From Octopus sinensis (taxonomy: Eukaryota), in contig NW_021833660.1 of assembly GCF_006345805.1 (NCBI RefSeq), forward strand, positions 1-56,552: DNA of 56,552 nt. The letters are read 5' to 3'. This document shows positions 13,708 to 26,284 of this stretch, one piece after another (within the stretch, counting starts at the first letter, position 1; every line of letters starts with the position of its first letter). The notes under the pieces are model-generated. The model was not told where the DNA came from. It did no database searches and saw only the letters and a list, made by a program, of their open reading frames with translations. Both the position numbers and the translations under genes were made by a program.

Positions 13708-13951
13708 GTATAATTGTAAAAGGTATGTAGGTGTATGAGCATCTGGCTATATATCTATATATCTCTCTCTATTTATATATGCATATATACGCTTATATAT
13801 GTGTGTATGTGTGGGTGTTTGATACACATACACACACTCACACACACATACGCGCGCTCACTCACACGCACACGCACACATATAAACATAAATACGTACA
13901 TATAAAATGCATTTATGTACATATAAATATATATAGGTATTTACATATATA

Positions 13952-15248
13952 TTGGGTCATCCCATAAATAATACGGTTTTTTCAACTGCATGAACTAAAA
14001 GTTGGAGCGGGATGGGATCAACTTGCTATAAAAACTGCAACAACTTGCTGTAAAAGCAGGTAGTAATTTTACCATGTACTTATTATTAGTGCAAGTTTTG
14101 AAGAGTGCAGTTCGATTTTAATAGTTTTTTTTTACAGCTACAATGAAAGTGACAAAGGAGCATATTCAGCATATTTTGCTTTATGAGTTCAATAAAGGTA
14201 ACAACGCAATGGGAAGTGCGAGGAATATCAATGCAGTATATGGGTATGGAACAATAAGCGTAAACCAGTGTCAACGTTGATTCCAGAAATTCCGAGCCGG
14301 AAACTACCGTCTAGAAGACATGCCTCGTCCTGGAAGATCTGTAGAGCTCAACGAGGACGTCCTGCAAAACCTTGGTGGAACAAAATCCCATCGTAACTGT
14401 TGAGGAACTAGCAAAGAAGCTTGGATTTGGTCTTTCAACCATTCATCAATACCTGCGTGCCATGGGCGAAGTCAGCAAATTGGGTCGATGGGATCCTCAC
14501 AAACTTTCCGAGTCTAATCGCGCGTAGAGAGTGAATGTGTGCTCTTCCTTGCCTCACGAATGAACCTTTTTTGGACCGAATAGTGATTAGTGACGAGGAA
14601 TGGGTTCTCTATAAAAATGTCAAGCACCAAAGATAGTGGGTAGGGAAAGGAGAAACAACGGTACCCCAGGCTAAAGAATGTCTTCATCCACCGTAAGGTG
14701 TAGTTATCTATTTAGTGAGATATGAAAGGTTTAGTCCCCTTTGAACTTTAAAACCCAAACCAAACGATAACAAAGGAGATCTACTGCGAGCAGCTTGAGG
14801 GGCTAAAGTGAGCGCTAGAAGAAAAACGACCATCTTTTGTTTCAAGACGTAAAGTGTTCTTCTATCAGGATAATGCTCGGCCATATACAACGAGGAAGAC
14901 ATTCCAAAGGCTGGAGCAGGTTGAATGAGAAACAATGTCCCACCCATCATATTCACCGGACATTGCCTCACCTGATTATCGTTTATTCTGCAGTCTTCAA
15001 AATCATTTAGACGGAAAAAAATACGACAATGCTGGAGGAGTATTTTTCGTCACAACGATGCTAGAGGAGTATTTTTCGTCACGGGCAAGTGAATTTTGGG
15101 TGCGGGGCCTTGCAAGTCTACCAGATAGATGGAAGAGCATTGTAGAAAATGAAAAAGAGTATATCTTAGATTAAAAAGGAACCTTATTTATCTTAATTTT
15201 TAAAAATAAATGTATAAAAAAGACCGCATTATTTATGGGATGGCCGAA
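13952..15248 (+). mobile_element. Full-length decayed mariner transposon (~1.3 kb)
   Basis: TA TSD; TIRs tt(g/c)gg(t/c)catcccataaataat(a/g)cggt; ORF 14143-15174 with WDPH, ISDEEW, QDNARP and HPSYSPDIASPDYRLF motifs; multiple stops and frameshifts. Confidence 0.95.
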
Positions 15249-15454
15249 TACATTTATATGTGCAACCGAAATTGCGAAGATAATCTGGAACTCGACTGAA
15301 GAAAGAAAACTTCGAATGATCCGTTCTTGTTTTCTTTGTATCGTCTATCTGGATGTTTTGTTATCCCTTTTTTGTATCACCTGTCTGGATGTTCTGCGTA
15401 CTTGTCGCATTTTGTATAATATATATATATTATATATATATATATATATATAAT

Positions 15455-15485
<31 letters not shown>

Positions 15486-17403
15486 GCGTGTGTGTGTGCG
15501 TATAGTGTATACGTGTATTTATATCTATATGAATATCCAAATCACATACACACATACGCAGTCCACTCACACATGTATAAACAGATGCATGAACAGACAC
15601 ATAATACATACACATATATAGATACTCCCACACATACATTCTTACATATATACTTATATATTTGTTTGCGTATGTGGCTGTGAGTGAATATTTGCTTGAC
15701 TATGTGTCTGTACTTATTTCCATGCACGGAGTCTGTGCATACGTTCGCGGATATATATGTCTCGCCTGATCTGGAACATTTAGTGTTCTTTAAACCCCGG
15801 TGTCGTGTATGGTGATTTTTCAGGACGCTATCCTACAGCAAATGGGCGTATAAACAAAACACATACACTATGTATGCGAGACCGATAATATATGCATATA
15901 TACATATATGTGTATATTTTTGCGTGTGTGCATGTGTGTGTACATGGATGTATGTTTAATGGGCTTATCCTGTTGAGTCCATGTTTCAAATTACTCTTGA
16001 TGATCTCCGTGGAATTTTTTAACGAGCTTCCTCTCTCCTCACTGATTCGACCCTTGTGCCTCTCTGTTTATAGACCGAGTGTGACAAGCATATTTTTTTT
16101 AATCAAGCTGTTTACGCTCAACTACCATCATCAGAACCAATATCTCATTTACCCACCTGCGTACTTACACAGTGTCGTATTAATTAACATGTTTGCCATC
16201 AACATGACCACCACCTTAGATACTAAGATATTGGCAAATAACCAATCATCACCTCATTTTTCGTTTACAATACGATCAGGAACCAGTACCATAATGACCA
16301 ACACTAGCATCACCACCTCACCACCACAACTACCAACGCTACCGCCAGCGTCATCTTCACCGCCTCCGCCACCGTCCTGAACGCCCGCCGGCATCGTCTT
16401 CTTCACTAACATCTCTCTCCGACACCATAATGACCATCATGACAAATGTCTTTACCCCCCACCACCACCACCATCATCACCGCCGATGTCTTTCGCTTTA
16501 TTCAGTTCATGGAAACAGCAAGTTACTGCTTTTTTGCCCCTTCTTTCCATGAAAAATGTACCACCTATCTTTATTATTATTCTCCAGCATCTCAAATCTT
16601 CATTTAACCATAAATACCCCAACCGATGTCCTTTTCTTTTCACTGTGCTTTTAACAATAATTTGAGGCTCCGGATTCTCTTACATCCCAAAACATCACGT
16701 AGTCGTCAACGTCTGTTTCGTTGTTTATTTTCTAAAGCATCTAATTATCTGTGTATGCGTATGTGTGTGTGTGTCTGTATGTAATGTTATGTTATGTTCG
16801 TGTGTCTGTGTCTGTGCGTATGTATGTGTGTGCTTGTGTCCGTGTCCAGAGTGCATCCCTATTTTTCATGGTGATCTATCTGCTGGGAAGCGAAAACAGT
16901 GTAAACCAAAAAGCCGCACGGACTTGCCATAAACGAGTTTAATACACCATACAAAACATGTTGAAAACGATCTGGTGTGGGGTAAAAGATTTTGAAAAAA
17001 GAAGAAACAAAAGTATGCAAAAATGTAAAGAGAAAAACGGAAAAATAACACCTCGCGTAAAACAAAAATAAAGCCATCCCTCAGTTGCTCAACATATAGT
17101 AAGACTTACCTTTCTAATGCTAGCTAAACATCACATCTCAGAACTCATCTTCACACAATTGGCCTAGGTGACACAAAGATCATTACAGCAGACACGCTCA
17201 TGTGTCATATTTGTAATATGGCATGACTCGATCGACGGCATTCAAATATCGGACAAGACAAATGCCACTTTGCTACTCGAGGTGAGACATATTTGCACTG
17301 TTTGTAAAGTAAAATTCAAACAGCTCTCGGGACTCAAAATCTCATGTACGGAAAAGCGCAACTAACAGAAGTGGTTACGTTTTGTATTGGAGCAGAGAAG
17401 CAC

Positions 17404-17443
<40 letters not shown>

Positions 17444-17447
17444 CCTT

Positions 17448-17489
<42 letters not shown>

Positions 17490-17899
17490 TACAAGTGTGT
17501 TTGTTCACTTTTGTTCAGATGTGTATTTAAGAATATATACCCATTATATGTGTGCACGTGTGCATCAACTTTATAGACGTTATTGCATGGAAAATAAAAA
17601 AAAGACAAAATATACTTCAGAGCTACGCTATATATATATATATATATATTAATTTAAATTAACAATTGAGGATAAAATCTTTAAAAGAAATTATCAGTAG
17701 TCAGCGTGAAAAACCTCGTAAGAGAAAAAATCCGTAAATTCTTCCTCTTTGAAGATATTCATTTATATTATATTGAGGGTACTACTATTCCTAGATACCA
17801 ACACGCTAAGAGGGACCAATGCGGTCAAAACTACTAAAAATAAACAAAATTTTACCGAATGCAAAACTTCAAAACACATCATTTTAAAAAAAGAATTCA

Positions 17900-17963
17900 G
17901 TTACATATCACATGTGATTTCGCATTTAATGCAGAATATGCATTTCATGTTCATCAGTGCAAC
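17900..17963 (-). ncRNA. Mirror copy of the 18415-18478 hammerhead
   Basis: Reverse complement of 18415-18478, lying in the left arm of the palindrome. Confidence 0.8.
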
Positions 17964-18414
17964 AAACTCAAGAAATATAAGAGAAAAACATAACATTACA
18001 AGCTCGATAGCCAACCGTAGAATTCGTCGTAGCATGTACGAATGTTTATCTTTACATATCTATGAAAATGGCGGGCTTATTCGCAATGCATTTCGGTAAC
18101 AATTGTCTAGTCGGAATAAAAATTCAGTATTGAACTATTCCGGTGAAAAATATAAATTAACAATTGAGGATAAAATCTTTAAAAGAAATTATCTTTTAAA
18201 GATTTTATCCTCAATTGTTAATTTATATTTTTCACCGGAATAGTTCAATACTGAATTTTTATTCCGACTAGACAATTGTCACCGAAATGCATTGCGAATA
18301 AGCCCGCCATTTTCATAGATATGTAAAGATAAACATTCGTACATGCTACGACGAATTCTACGGTTGGCTATCGAGCTTGTAATGTTATGTTTTTCTCTTA
18401 TATTTCTTGAGTTT

Positions 18415-18478
18415 GTTGCACTGATGAACATGAAATGCATATTCTGCATTAAATGCGAAATCACATGTGATATGTAAC
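18415..18478 (+). ncRNA. Type-I hammerhead ribozyme, intact core
   Basis: GTTGCA-CTGATGA-(A CAT GA AATGCA tattc TGCATT AA ATG C)-GAAA-TCACATGTGA-TA-TGTAAC. Helix I is 6 bp (one G.U), helix III is the palindrome ATCACATGTGAT, and the cleavage triplet is AUA (after 18472). The 10.1-11.1 pair is an A.C mismatch. Confidence 0.8.
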
Positions 18479-19668
18479 TGAATTCTTTTTTTAAAATGAT
18501 GTGTTTTGAAGTTTTGCATTCGGTAAAATTTTGTTTATTTTTAGTAGTTTTGACCGCATTGGTCCCTCTTAGCGTGTTGGTATCTACGAATAGTAGTACC
18601 CTCAATATAATATAAAATAATAATAATAATATATATATATATATATATTCAAATGCTATGTATGTATGCAGTATATGCATGTATGTACGTGCGTATGTAT
18701 ATATGTGGTGGGATGTATTAGTTTTCTTGGAATATTATACTTAAACAATAAAAGTATACCGCTTTCAACTTAGTGTAATACAGAGAAATAGTCCAACATA
18801 TTAGAACTCTATTATTATGAATATTGAAAGATACAATCTTGGAAGACAGATACCGATTCACTCTGTTGCTGTTCGAAGTTCTTCCACCCATATAAAATCG
18901 TTGAGACAACCAGGTATCGAATTTATGTTTAGGAAGATATCATTACTCGTAAGTTCTAAAAACACTTACTTTCAAAGACATTCATAAAATGTTGTAGTCA
19001 ATCACTGCAACATCTAAGTGAATATTAAATAACTTTACAACTACATTAGTGTCATATTAAGGTCATCATCTAAAATTCGTAAAAGAGGATAAGTTGCGCT
19101 GCTAGAAAATGGCTTTTCATGTTTCGCTCCATGAAACAATCTTTCTATATTGTGATGGGCAGACATCAACTTTTCCTGTCTTAGGGGTTTTTAAACCTAA
19201 CATTTATATGCTCTCATTTATAGATTTATCTGCTTCGATAGTCATCGTTCCAAAAACGAATTATTTCACGTTCTCCCAAAGATTATAAATTCTTATGACG
19301 TCAGCTAAAAACGACTTTTTTTAATATATTTCTCTTGGTGAAGAACAGCTATCTGAAACATCAGATTTCTCCTCTTTACCTCATCTAATTTTACAAATTT
19401 TATTCCCTGGCGCATTGTTTTCAATAGAGACAAATCATCGCTATTTTCTGATTCTAGCGTTTATATTTTCGACTATATGTGCTTACACAGTATACATTCG
19501 TACATACATAAAAACATACATGCATACACGTGTTTGTATGTGTGTGTGTGTGGGGGGGATTTATAAAAAAAATCAATGTGTACCACTAACAATGAATTTT
19601 ATGAACCTCGTAATAATTAATTAAAAAAAGGATATTAAATATGTATATTCCAGGTATATGTGTGTGTA

Positions 19669-19699
<31 letters not shown>

Positions 19700-19820
19700 A
19701 CATAAATGGGTTTAAATGTTTGCGACAACTGTTTTGGTAGGCTTTTATTAATGTATTCATAGATCACATCATAGCATATAATAATACATCTTCCCGAGAT
19801 TCAACTGAATCGTATAAATA

Positions 19821-19924
<104 letters not shown>

Positions 19925-20924
19925 ATGTATGTATATATATAGACGTACACACATGTACTCTTCGTGTCTAGCGTATAACGACACTACGACATTGAAAAAT
20001 ACCACAATTTCTAAAAACAGTCTCATCAGAGTATAAATTCCTTCGATTAACCTCTAGTTCGTACTCATACACCAGTGACCAATGAACAAAATCTTACACT
20101 CTTCAGGTACTTGAAACAAATGATAAAGGACAGTAACAACGAATAGAGACATAAAAAAAACAGGAAGCATATTTTACATGAGCGGAGAATTTCCCTCATC
20201 AGCTGCCAAGCAGATATCCTCATAATTTCGACACTTCATATATATGTGCATAAGTATGTATATATACATATGTACTGCTCCCACTCATATATACACTGAG
20301 GCGGATCCTTTTTGGTGACAATAAAGCCTGGTATATAACAACAGAAAACTGATGATTATAAGCAAATAAAGATTTAGTGTCCCACTGATTTCAATGATAA
20401 TAACACTTTGTTAGGTGGTGACCCAGTGATCCCTTAATATTTGCGGGTTGTTTTTATTATTTTATATTTATATAGTATTTGTTATAACATAAGCACAAGG
20501 CCAGACGATTTTTTTAATGAACAGCTATAGTAACTCCGGCGTTTGAATAGTAATTTATTTTGTCCACTTCGGAAGAATTAAAGGCAATGTTGTTTTAGAA
20601 AGAATTCGAACAAAATGTGTAAATGGACGTAGTTACACATCATGTGGTATTTTACTCAGGGCTCAATCGATTCTTTCATCCATAACCTTTTCACCTATCT
20701 GGCGTGCATCCATTTTTAGATTAGCAGTCACTCCATCCACTGATGAACAGAGATAAAGTCGAGAAAAATCGTCTCAATTTTACTTAGATATAAAAGATCA
20801 TAGGTAAAAAGGGAATTTTTCTTCTGAATTACATTAATGGTAGTTAAAGTAGTTAAACGTATCATAATGTATATACACCCTTGACAGGCAAAACTAACTA
20901 TGACTTAATTTTTACTCTCATACC

Positions 20925-20976
20925 GTCTCCGATGAAGGGATATTATTAATTAATATCCTAGAAACAGCTGTAAGAC
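20925..20976 (+). ncRNA. Hammerhead-like motif with U4C substitution
   Basis: GTCT-CCGATGA-AG GGATATTA ttaat TAATATCC TA-GAAA-CAGCTG-TA-AGAC: helix I 4 bp, palindromic ACAGCTGT helix III and a GUA site. Confidence 0.6.
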
Positions 20977-21043
20977 CTTCTATCTATAAATGCTCTAATA
21001 TCTATATAGCCTTGTTTTTTATCTCATTACGCAAAACATTCAT

Positions 21044-21105
<62 letters not shown>

Positions 21106-21190
21106 GTTTAAATATTTGTTGTGCAAGATTCATTGGCTAAACTGGCAATATGACCATTCCGAAATATAACAATATATATATATATATATT

Positions 21191-21842
21191 ATTAATTGTT
21201 ATCGCCATATTAATATGGCAGTCTTATAGATATAAGACTAAAAGCTGTCGCTGATTAGCTCCATGAGGCCATCGCCTTAAGATAGCTATTTGACACACAA
21301 ACCGTGTCCATTATAACCTTCGAACAAGGGAGGTCAGCCGCTTCACACTGCTAGTCAGACAGCTACAGACGCGTTTCAGGGTATTTGCCCTTTGTCAATG
21401 TAGCGTAGTCAACCCAGCAGGTGTCGCCACTGATCATCTCTGTTCGAAGGTTTTATTTACCTAGTTTCGGTGGAATACATCCACTTGTTTTCAATAATAG
21501 AAATATTAAAATTACTAAGTCTCACTAAAAGAGATTACGGCAGCGCTACTGGAAATTAATTATTATCGCCATATTAATATGGCAGTCTTATAGATATAAG
21601 ACTAAAAGCTGTCGCTGATTAGTTCCATGAGGCCATCGCCTTAAGATAGCTATTTGACACACAAACTGTGTCCATTATAACCTTCGAACAAGGGAGGTCA
21701 ACCGCTTCATGGAGCTAATCAGCGACAGCTTTTAGTCTTATATCTATAAGACTGCCATATTAATATGGCGATAACAATTAATTTCCAGTAACGCTGCCGT
21801 AATCTCTTTTAGAGAGACTTAGTAATTTTAATATTTCTATTA
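21191..21842 (-). mobile_element. PLE pseudo-LTR / retrozyme-like unit (364-bp period) with inverted tail
   Basis: 155-bp direct repeats at 21191-21345 and 21555-21709 (4 transitions), 135-bp inverted arms at 21495-21629 and 21708-21842, one HHR in the unit, and (TA)n flanks. Confidence 0.7.
21362..21404 (-). ncRNA. Minimal type-I hammerhead with U3-A8 core variant
   Basis: Minus strand GCTACA-TTGACAA-AGGG caaata CCCT-GAAA-CGCG-TC-TGTAGC: perfect 6-bp helix I, 4-bp helix II, palindromic ACGCGT helix III and a GUC site. Confidence 0.75.
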
Positions 21843-21864
21843 TATATATATATTATATATTATA

Positions 21865-21904
<40 letters not shown>

Positions 21905-22439
21905 TATATTTATATTTATATATATATAGCATGGTGACAAATGATCAGCCCAGGAGCGACTAAAGAGGAAGACGGAAGCAGTTCAGACTTCTTGGCCCTC
22001 TATAACCCGTTTATTGAAAACTCAGATATATTCATTCAAAATTTCATTACCATTAACTTTGGAAAGCAGTTTGTTGAGGAGTTTCATGTTTGAAAAATCC
22101 TTTATGTTGAGATATGTCAAGTTGTTTTGAAGCAACGTGATTTGTAGAAAATACCACTTTTATTTTGGGTAAATATTTAACATTATTACTAGAATAACCA
22201 TGAAATATCATTTTGTTCGAAAAGGTTAACGATGTGTACTAGCAGCCACATGCCTAAACAAAATCTGACGCTTCTAATATATACGAAAGAGTGAATAACA
22301 TAATCACCGATATAAAGTGTAACCGTCAGGCTGAATAAAAATCCATTGCACGGAACTGAAGCAGCATTAAATGAAAATAGCAATCTATGTATCCTACTTA
22401 ATGACATGCATTTGATCATAGGTTACACACATACACACA

Positions 22440-22482
<43 letters not shown>

Positions 22483-22483
22483 T

Positions 22484-22527
<44 letters not shown>

Positions 22528-22550
22528 ATACGTGCATACATATATATAAT

Positions 22551-22577
<27 letters not shown>

Positions 22578-22581
<4 letters not shown>

Positions 22582-22930
22582 TGTTATATTTCGGAATGGT
22601 CATATTGCCAGTTTAGCCAATAAAAACACGCGCACTATATTTATTTATTTTTTACATTAATCTTAATCTTATTTCGGCCAGAGTTCTTTCGTCACACTCC
22701 TGTGACCGATACAAAATGGCTGACGGTTAGTAAGGAGAGACATAAATAAGAAAGAAGAAAACAAAGGACCACTGATGCGGTCACAGGAGTGTGACGAAAG
22801 AACTCTGGCCGAAATAAGATTAAGATTAATGTAAAAAATAAATAACACTGAAGCAAAATAACACCAAATATATAGTGCGTGTTTTTATTGGCTAAACTGG
22901 CAATATGACCATTCCGAAATATAACAATAT
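22578..22930. repeat. Inverted repeat at PLE terminus
   Basis: Arms 22578-22708 and 22778-22930; the right arm carries a ~25-nt insertion. Confidence 0.85.
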
Positions 22931-22965
22931 CTGTTTCAACACACGACTTCACATCGTCAGACATC
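22918..22965 (-). ncRNA. Degenerate hammerhead downstream of PLE endonuclease remnant
   Basis: Minus strand GATGT-CTGACGA-(weak helix II)-GAAA-CAGATATTG-TT-ATATT. The core is intact but helix II pairs poorly. Confidence 0.45.
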
Positions 22966-23299
22966 TAAAGAGAGTAACAAGATATGAGACAAATTCAAGA
23001 TAGCTTCTAAATGTCATAGGCCAGTCAGGTCACGTGGTGTTCTTAATCTAGAATCGACATTAATTTTTACTTTGTTCTGTAGCAGTTGGTAGGTAGCTGA
23101 CGTCGCTATATCTGGAAGCTGTAGTATAGTGTATTTCGGGTGTTTTGGGATAGCTGAGAATTAACACTTTAGTGGCGACAACCTTTCCGTGGGAGCTGCC
23201 AGGTTTTATCGTATTGGAGTAAAATGTGATGGTACTGGAACAAAATATGGTGCAAGGTTGGATTGTCATCATGGATAGGGCTGTAGTGAATACAGGCAT

Positions 23300-24160
23300 C
23301 AGGGGTTTATTACCATGCTCTTGTGTGTGGAGTAGCCAGGCATAAAGTGATATATCTAGATTGTCGGCTGCCAGTGGCTTGAACTTCATTAACCAGGCGT
23401 ATCTCTGGTGGTACGAATAAAATAGTTCATTCTACCTTGTTGATGGATGCAGCAGGCTAGTGCAGCGTATGTAGCTTCTCGCAAAGGCAGAATTGGCGCC
23501 TGAAAGTCTCAGGTGAGTACGGAAGGGACCATATCAAAAGTCTTTCACTCGATGTCGGGGAAGTCGTTCAGATGCTTGCAAAATCTTCAGATAAATCAGG
23601 GTAGGAAGATGGAATTTTCTCTGTTCCTGCACCTAAAGGAATGCACAAACTGTGTATTCCTTCTTTTGAAATCACTAGCTGCCGTGTTCGGGTTGTGTAA
23701 TGCCATCGGATGGTGTGAGGGTAGCTCTATATACCACAACCCTTGAAGTTCTGTTTGTTCTCCCCTTACATTACAGCGAGTCGATGACTGCAGGCGCGGT
23801 GTACAAGGCGGGGTGAGGAATTCCAGAGAGACCAATGTTCTGGGGTGGAAGTAATGCGAACAATGGTTAATTTATAACCATGGAAGTAGTGGATGCTACA
23901 TGTGTGATAGACGTCTATCAAGACTACTGTTGTAGTCGTAGTATGAGACTACCTATTGCGGGGTCTCAGAAGTTGGAGTATACTTGTAAGTTATTTCATG
24001 CCAACTAATCGAGCAGCCTTTCTCTGAATGATGTCTGGGATATCTATGTATATTGGATACCGCCCTAGGCATGGGGAAGTACTCCATTCTGGTTATCTCC
24101 TGATTTGTGTAAGTTAGTAGTGTTTTCAACGAATTTGTCTTATAGAAGTCGTCAACCAAG
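23300..24160 (-). pseudogene. Decayed PLE ORF: RT-EN linker and GIY-YIG endonuclease
   Basis: Frameshifted pieces CNVRGE...VVYRATL...SDFKRRNTQFVHSFRCRNRENS...FCLCEKLH resemble the C-P-L-x-G-x-C / VVYKA / FKxRxxxHxxSF / CxLCLxEK pattern I recall for PLE GIY-YIG domains. No HMM was run. Confidence 0.55.
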
Positions 24161-24689
24161 TATGTTTACAATTATTTTACTCTCATTTTTTAACGTCTCC
24201 TAATGGGTAACATTATCATTATTACTCTTTCAGTAAGTTTTATTTTACTGCAGGATTTCACTGCACCACCGAGTACTGTTATCTGTACCATAGGCATAAA
24301 CAATGTTGCGTTTAGGTTTTGTATTTTCGGTTTTATTGAAAATACACTACATAATATCTATGATGTGACAAGTGGTGCTATATTCTGTATGTTATGCATA
24401 TTCATGTATCTGAGTTTTAGGTTCTGTATATGCCTCCCTGTGTTTTTAAATACTATTATTGTTAGAATTGTTAGAGCGCCTGAAGGAATGTTTAGCGGTA
24501 TTTCTACCTGGGTCTTATGTTCTGAGTTCAGATTCCGTCGAGGTTGACTTTGCTTTCTATCCTATTGGGGTCGATAAAATAAGCACTAGTTGAGTACTGG
24601 AGTCGATCTAATCGACAAATCCACTTCCGCCAAATTTCAGGCCTTGAGCCTGTAATAGAAAGAACTATTATTATTGAGGAAAGACACAT

Positions 24690-24960
24690 TTCTCTTCGGT
24701 CAAGCCCTCATTGAACTTTTAAAGTTCCACATGAAAAATAAAGTGAGGGTGGAAAGAGAAGTGGTTCCTCCTAGAGAATTTGTAAAAAGGAGGGTGACTG
24801 GCAAAATTTGTTAAGATGGATAGACCTACTTAAAGCACACACCAGTAGATTGAAGGGCAACAGTTGGACGAGGGTCCATGCTTTTGGGGGTCAAGGTAAT
24901 TCTGGATCTATAAGGTTCCTCGGTCGACACTAGTTAGAAGTTCTCCTTATCAGGAGGACT
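24690..24960 (+). mobile_element. Diverged copy of the same LINE 3' end
   Basis: FHMKNKVRVEREVV aligns with YHLKRKVRVERQVL of the 31.7-kb copy. Confidence 0.55.
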
Positions 24961-25189
24961 AGATTATCTATGTGTTCACATACTTTGCATACTGTGTGTA
25001 CTTTTAACTCGTTTCAACATCATTTTCTTTCCTTCTCCTCATCTTTTATGCAAACTTCCACACAAATTGTAAACTGTCCTTGTAATCCACCCCTAATCTA
25101 TGCCCCTGTGGCAAATAAAAGAAATCACCTTCATTATCATTATTATTATTACTATTATTAATGCTATTATTTTATTATTATTATTATTA

Positions 25190-25235
<46 letters not shown>

Positions 25236-25732
25236 GCAGTAAAGTGTTTTTTCTGTTCTTGTATTTATAATTGTACTTGATTCGAATCGGTGTTTTCTGT
25301 CATTATTTTTATTGTAAACAATTTTAGGCGGGAATTTGTATTTCTTTTTTTCCCACTGTTCAGTTCAAATTTATTTATTTATTTATTGGGTATGTTTTTT
25401 TTTTTAATTTTAAAATTTCTTGTGCGGCAGAAGACATTTAAACATTTTTTTTCTTTAAGCATAGTATCTTCGGTGGTGATAGTTGGAGAAGGCATTCACA
25501 ACGTTGGTGGCAGACTTGCGTATATAGAGGAATGTAAACATAACGCCCTCGTCGTCGCGAAAAAACAATAAAAATAAATTCTATTTGAATGGGAAACTAT
25601 AAAATTTGAAGAAAATAAAAAAGAAAAGACAGAACAGAAGAGAGAGTGAGAAACAAAAGCCCCTTTAAGAAACGTCGAATGTCATAGTACTAATACTGCG
25701 AGCAATAGCAGCACGTAGCCCAGTTGTTATGG

Positions 25733-26284
25733 TAGTGGTTCTCGACCGGGGTCCATATGGGGCATCATATAAGGTTTTGTTAAAATCTATCTGCAATACA
25801 TTGGTTCATACTTCTACAATACAAAAGATATTTGAACAATTTTTCTTAAACAATTCCTGACAAAAACGATAAACGTCGCCTTTTTCAAGCCTAGCCAGTC
25901 CCAGGGGCCCGGTTTCCCGGTTTTTTGTATTCCCTCCAGCTGGACGGGACCCAGTCCATCGCAGCGTTACTCAAGAAACATGAAGAGAGAGTGAGAGAAA
26001 GTTGTGGTGAAAGAGTACAACAGCGGTTGCCACCACCCTCTGCCGCAGCCTCGTGGAGCTTGACGTGTTTTCGCTCAACGCTCGGTCTGGGAATCGAAAC
26101 CGCGAGTCCACTGCCCTAATCACTGGGCCATTGCGCCTCCACACACAATTCTTGACAATATTTAATTATAAAAGTATAACAGGATTTTTTAAAACCTCAA
26201 ATAGCTACTTGGGTCCACCCAAATAAACAAATAATGTAGGAAGCAAAGGCTCCATAGGTAAAAAAAAATAGTCAAGAAACACTG
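25733..26284. mobile_element. hAT-like MITE interrupted by a SINE
   Basis: Ends tagtggttctcgac and RC cagtgtttcttgac. No clean 8-bp TSD. Confidence 0.4.

Larger units (their letters stand above)
17655..18616. mobile_element. Non-autonomous PLE pseudo-LTR with long inverted arm
   Basis: Inverted arms 17762-18186 and 18192-18616 (2 mismatches seen), a 41-bp direct repeat at 17655-17695 and 18153-18193, an HHR, and (TA)n on both flanks. Confidence 0.7.

Noticed and set aside
17104-17380. Minus-strand AG|GTAAGT donor as a coding exon end
   Set aside because: All three frames have stops just upstream, so it could only be non-coding. A single motif is insufficient.
17749-18680. Two near-identical 116/133-aa ORFs on opposite strands
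   Set aside because: They are a by-product of the palindrome and show no recognisable motif.
20740-20775. CTGATGA hits at 20740, 32741, 20196-20202 (minus) and 41591-41597 (minus) as hammerheads
   Set aside because: No correctly placed GAAA, or the helices do not close.
24203-24547. Hydrophobic 114-aa ORF
   Set aside because: It runs into a SINE at ~24470, has the composition expected of T-rich DNA and shows no family motif.
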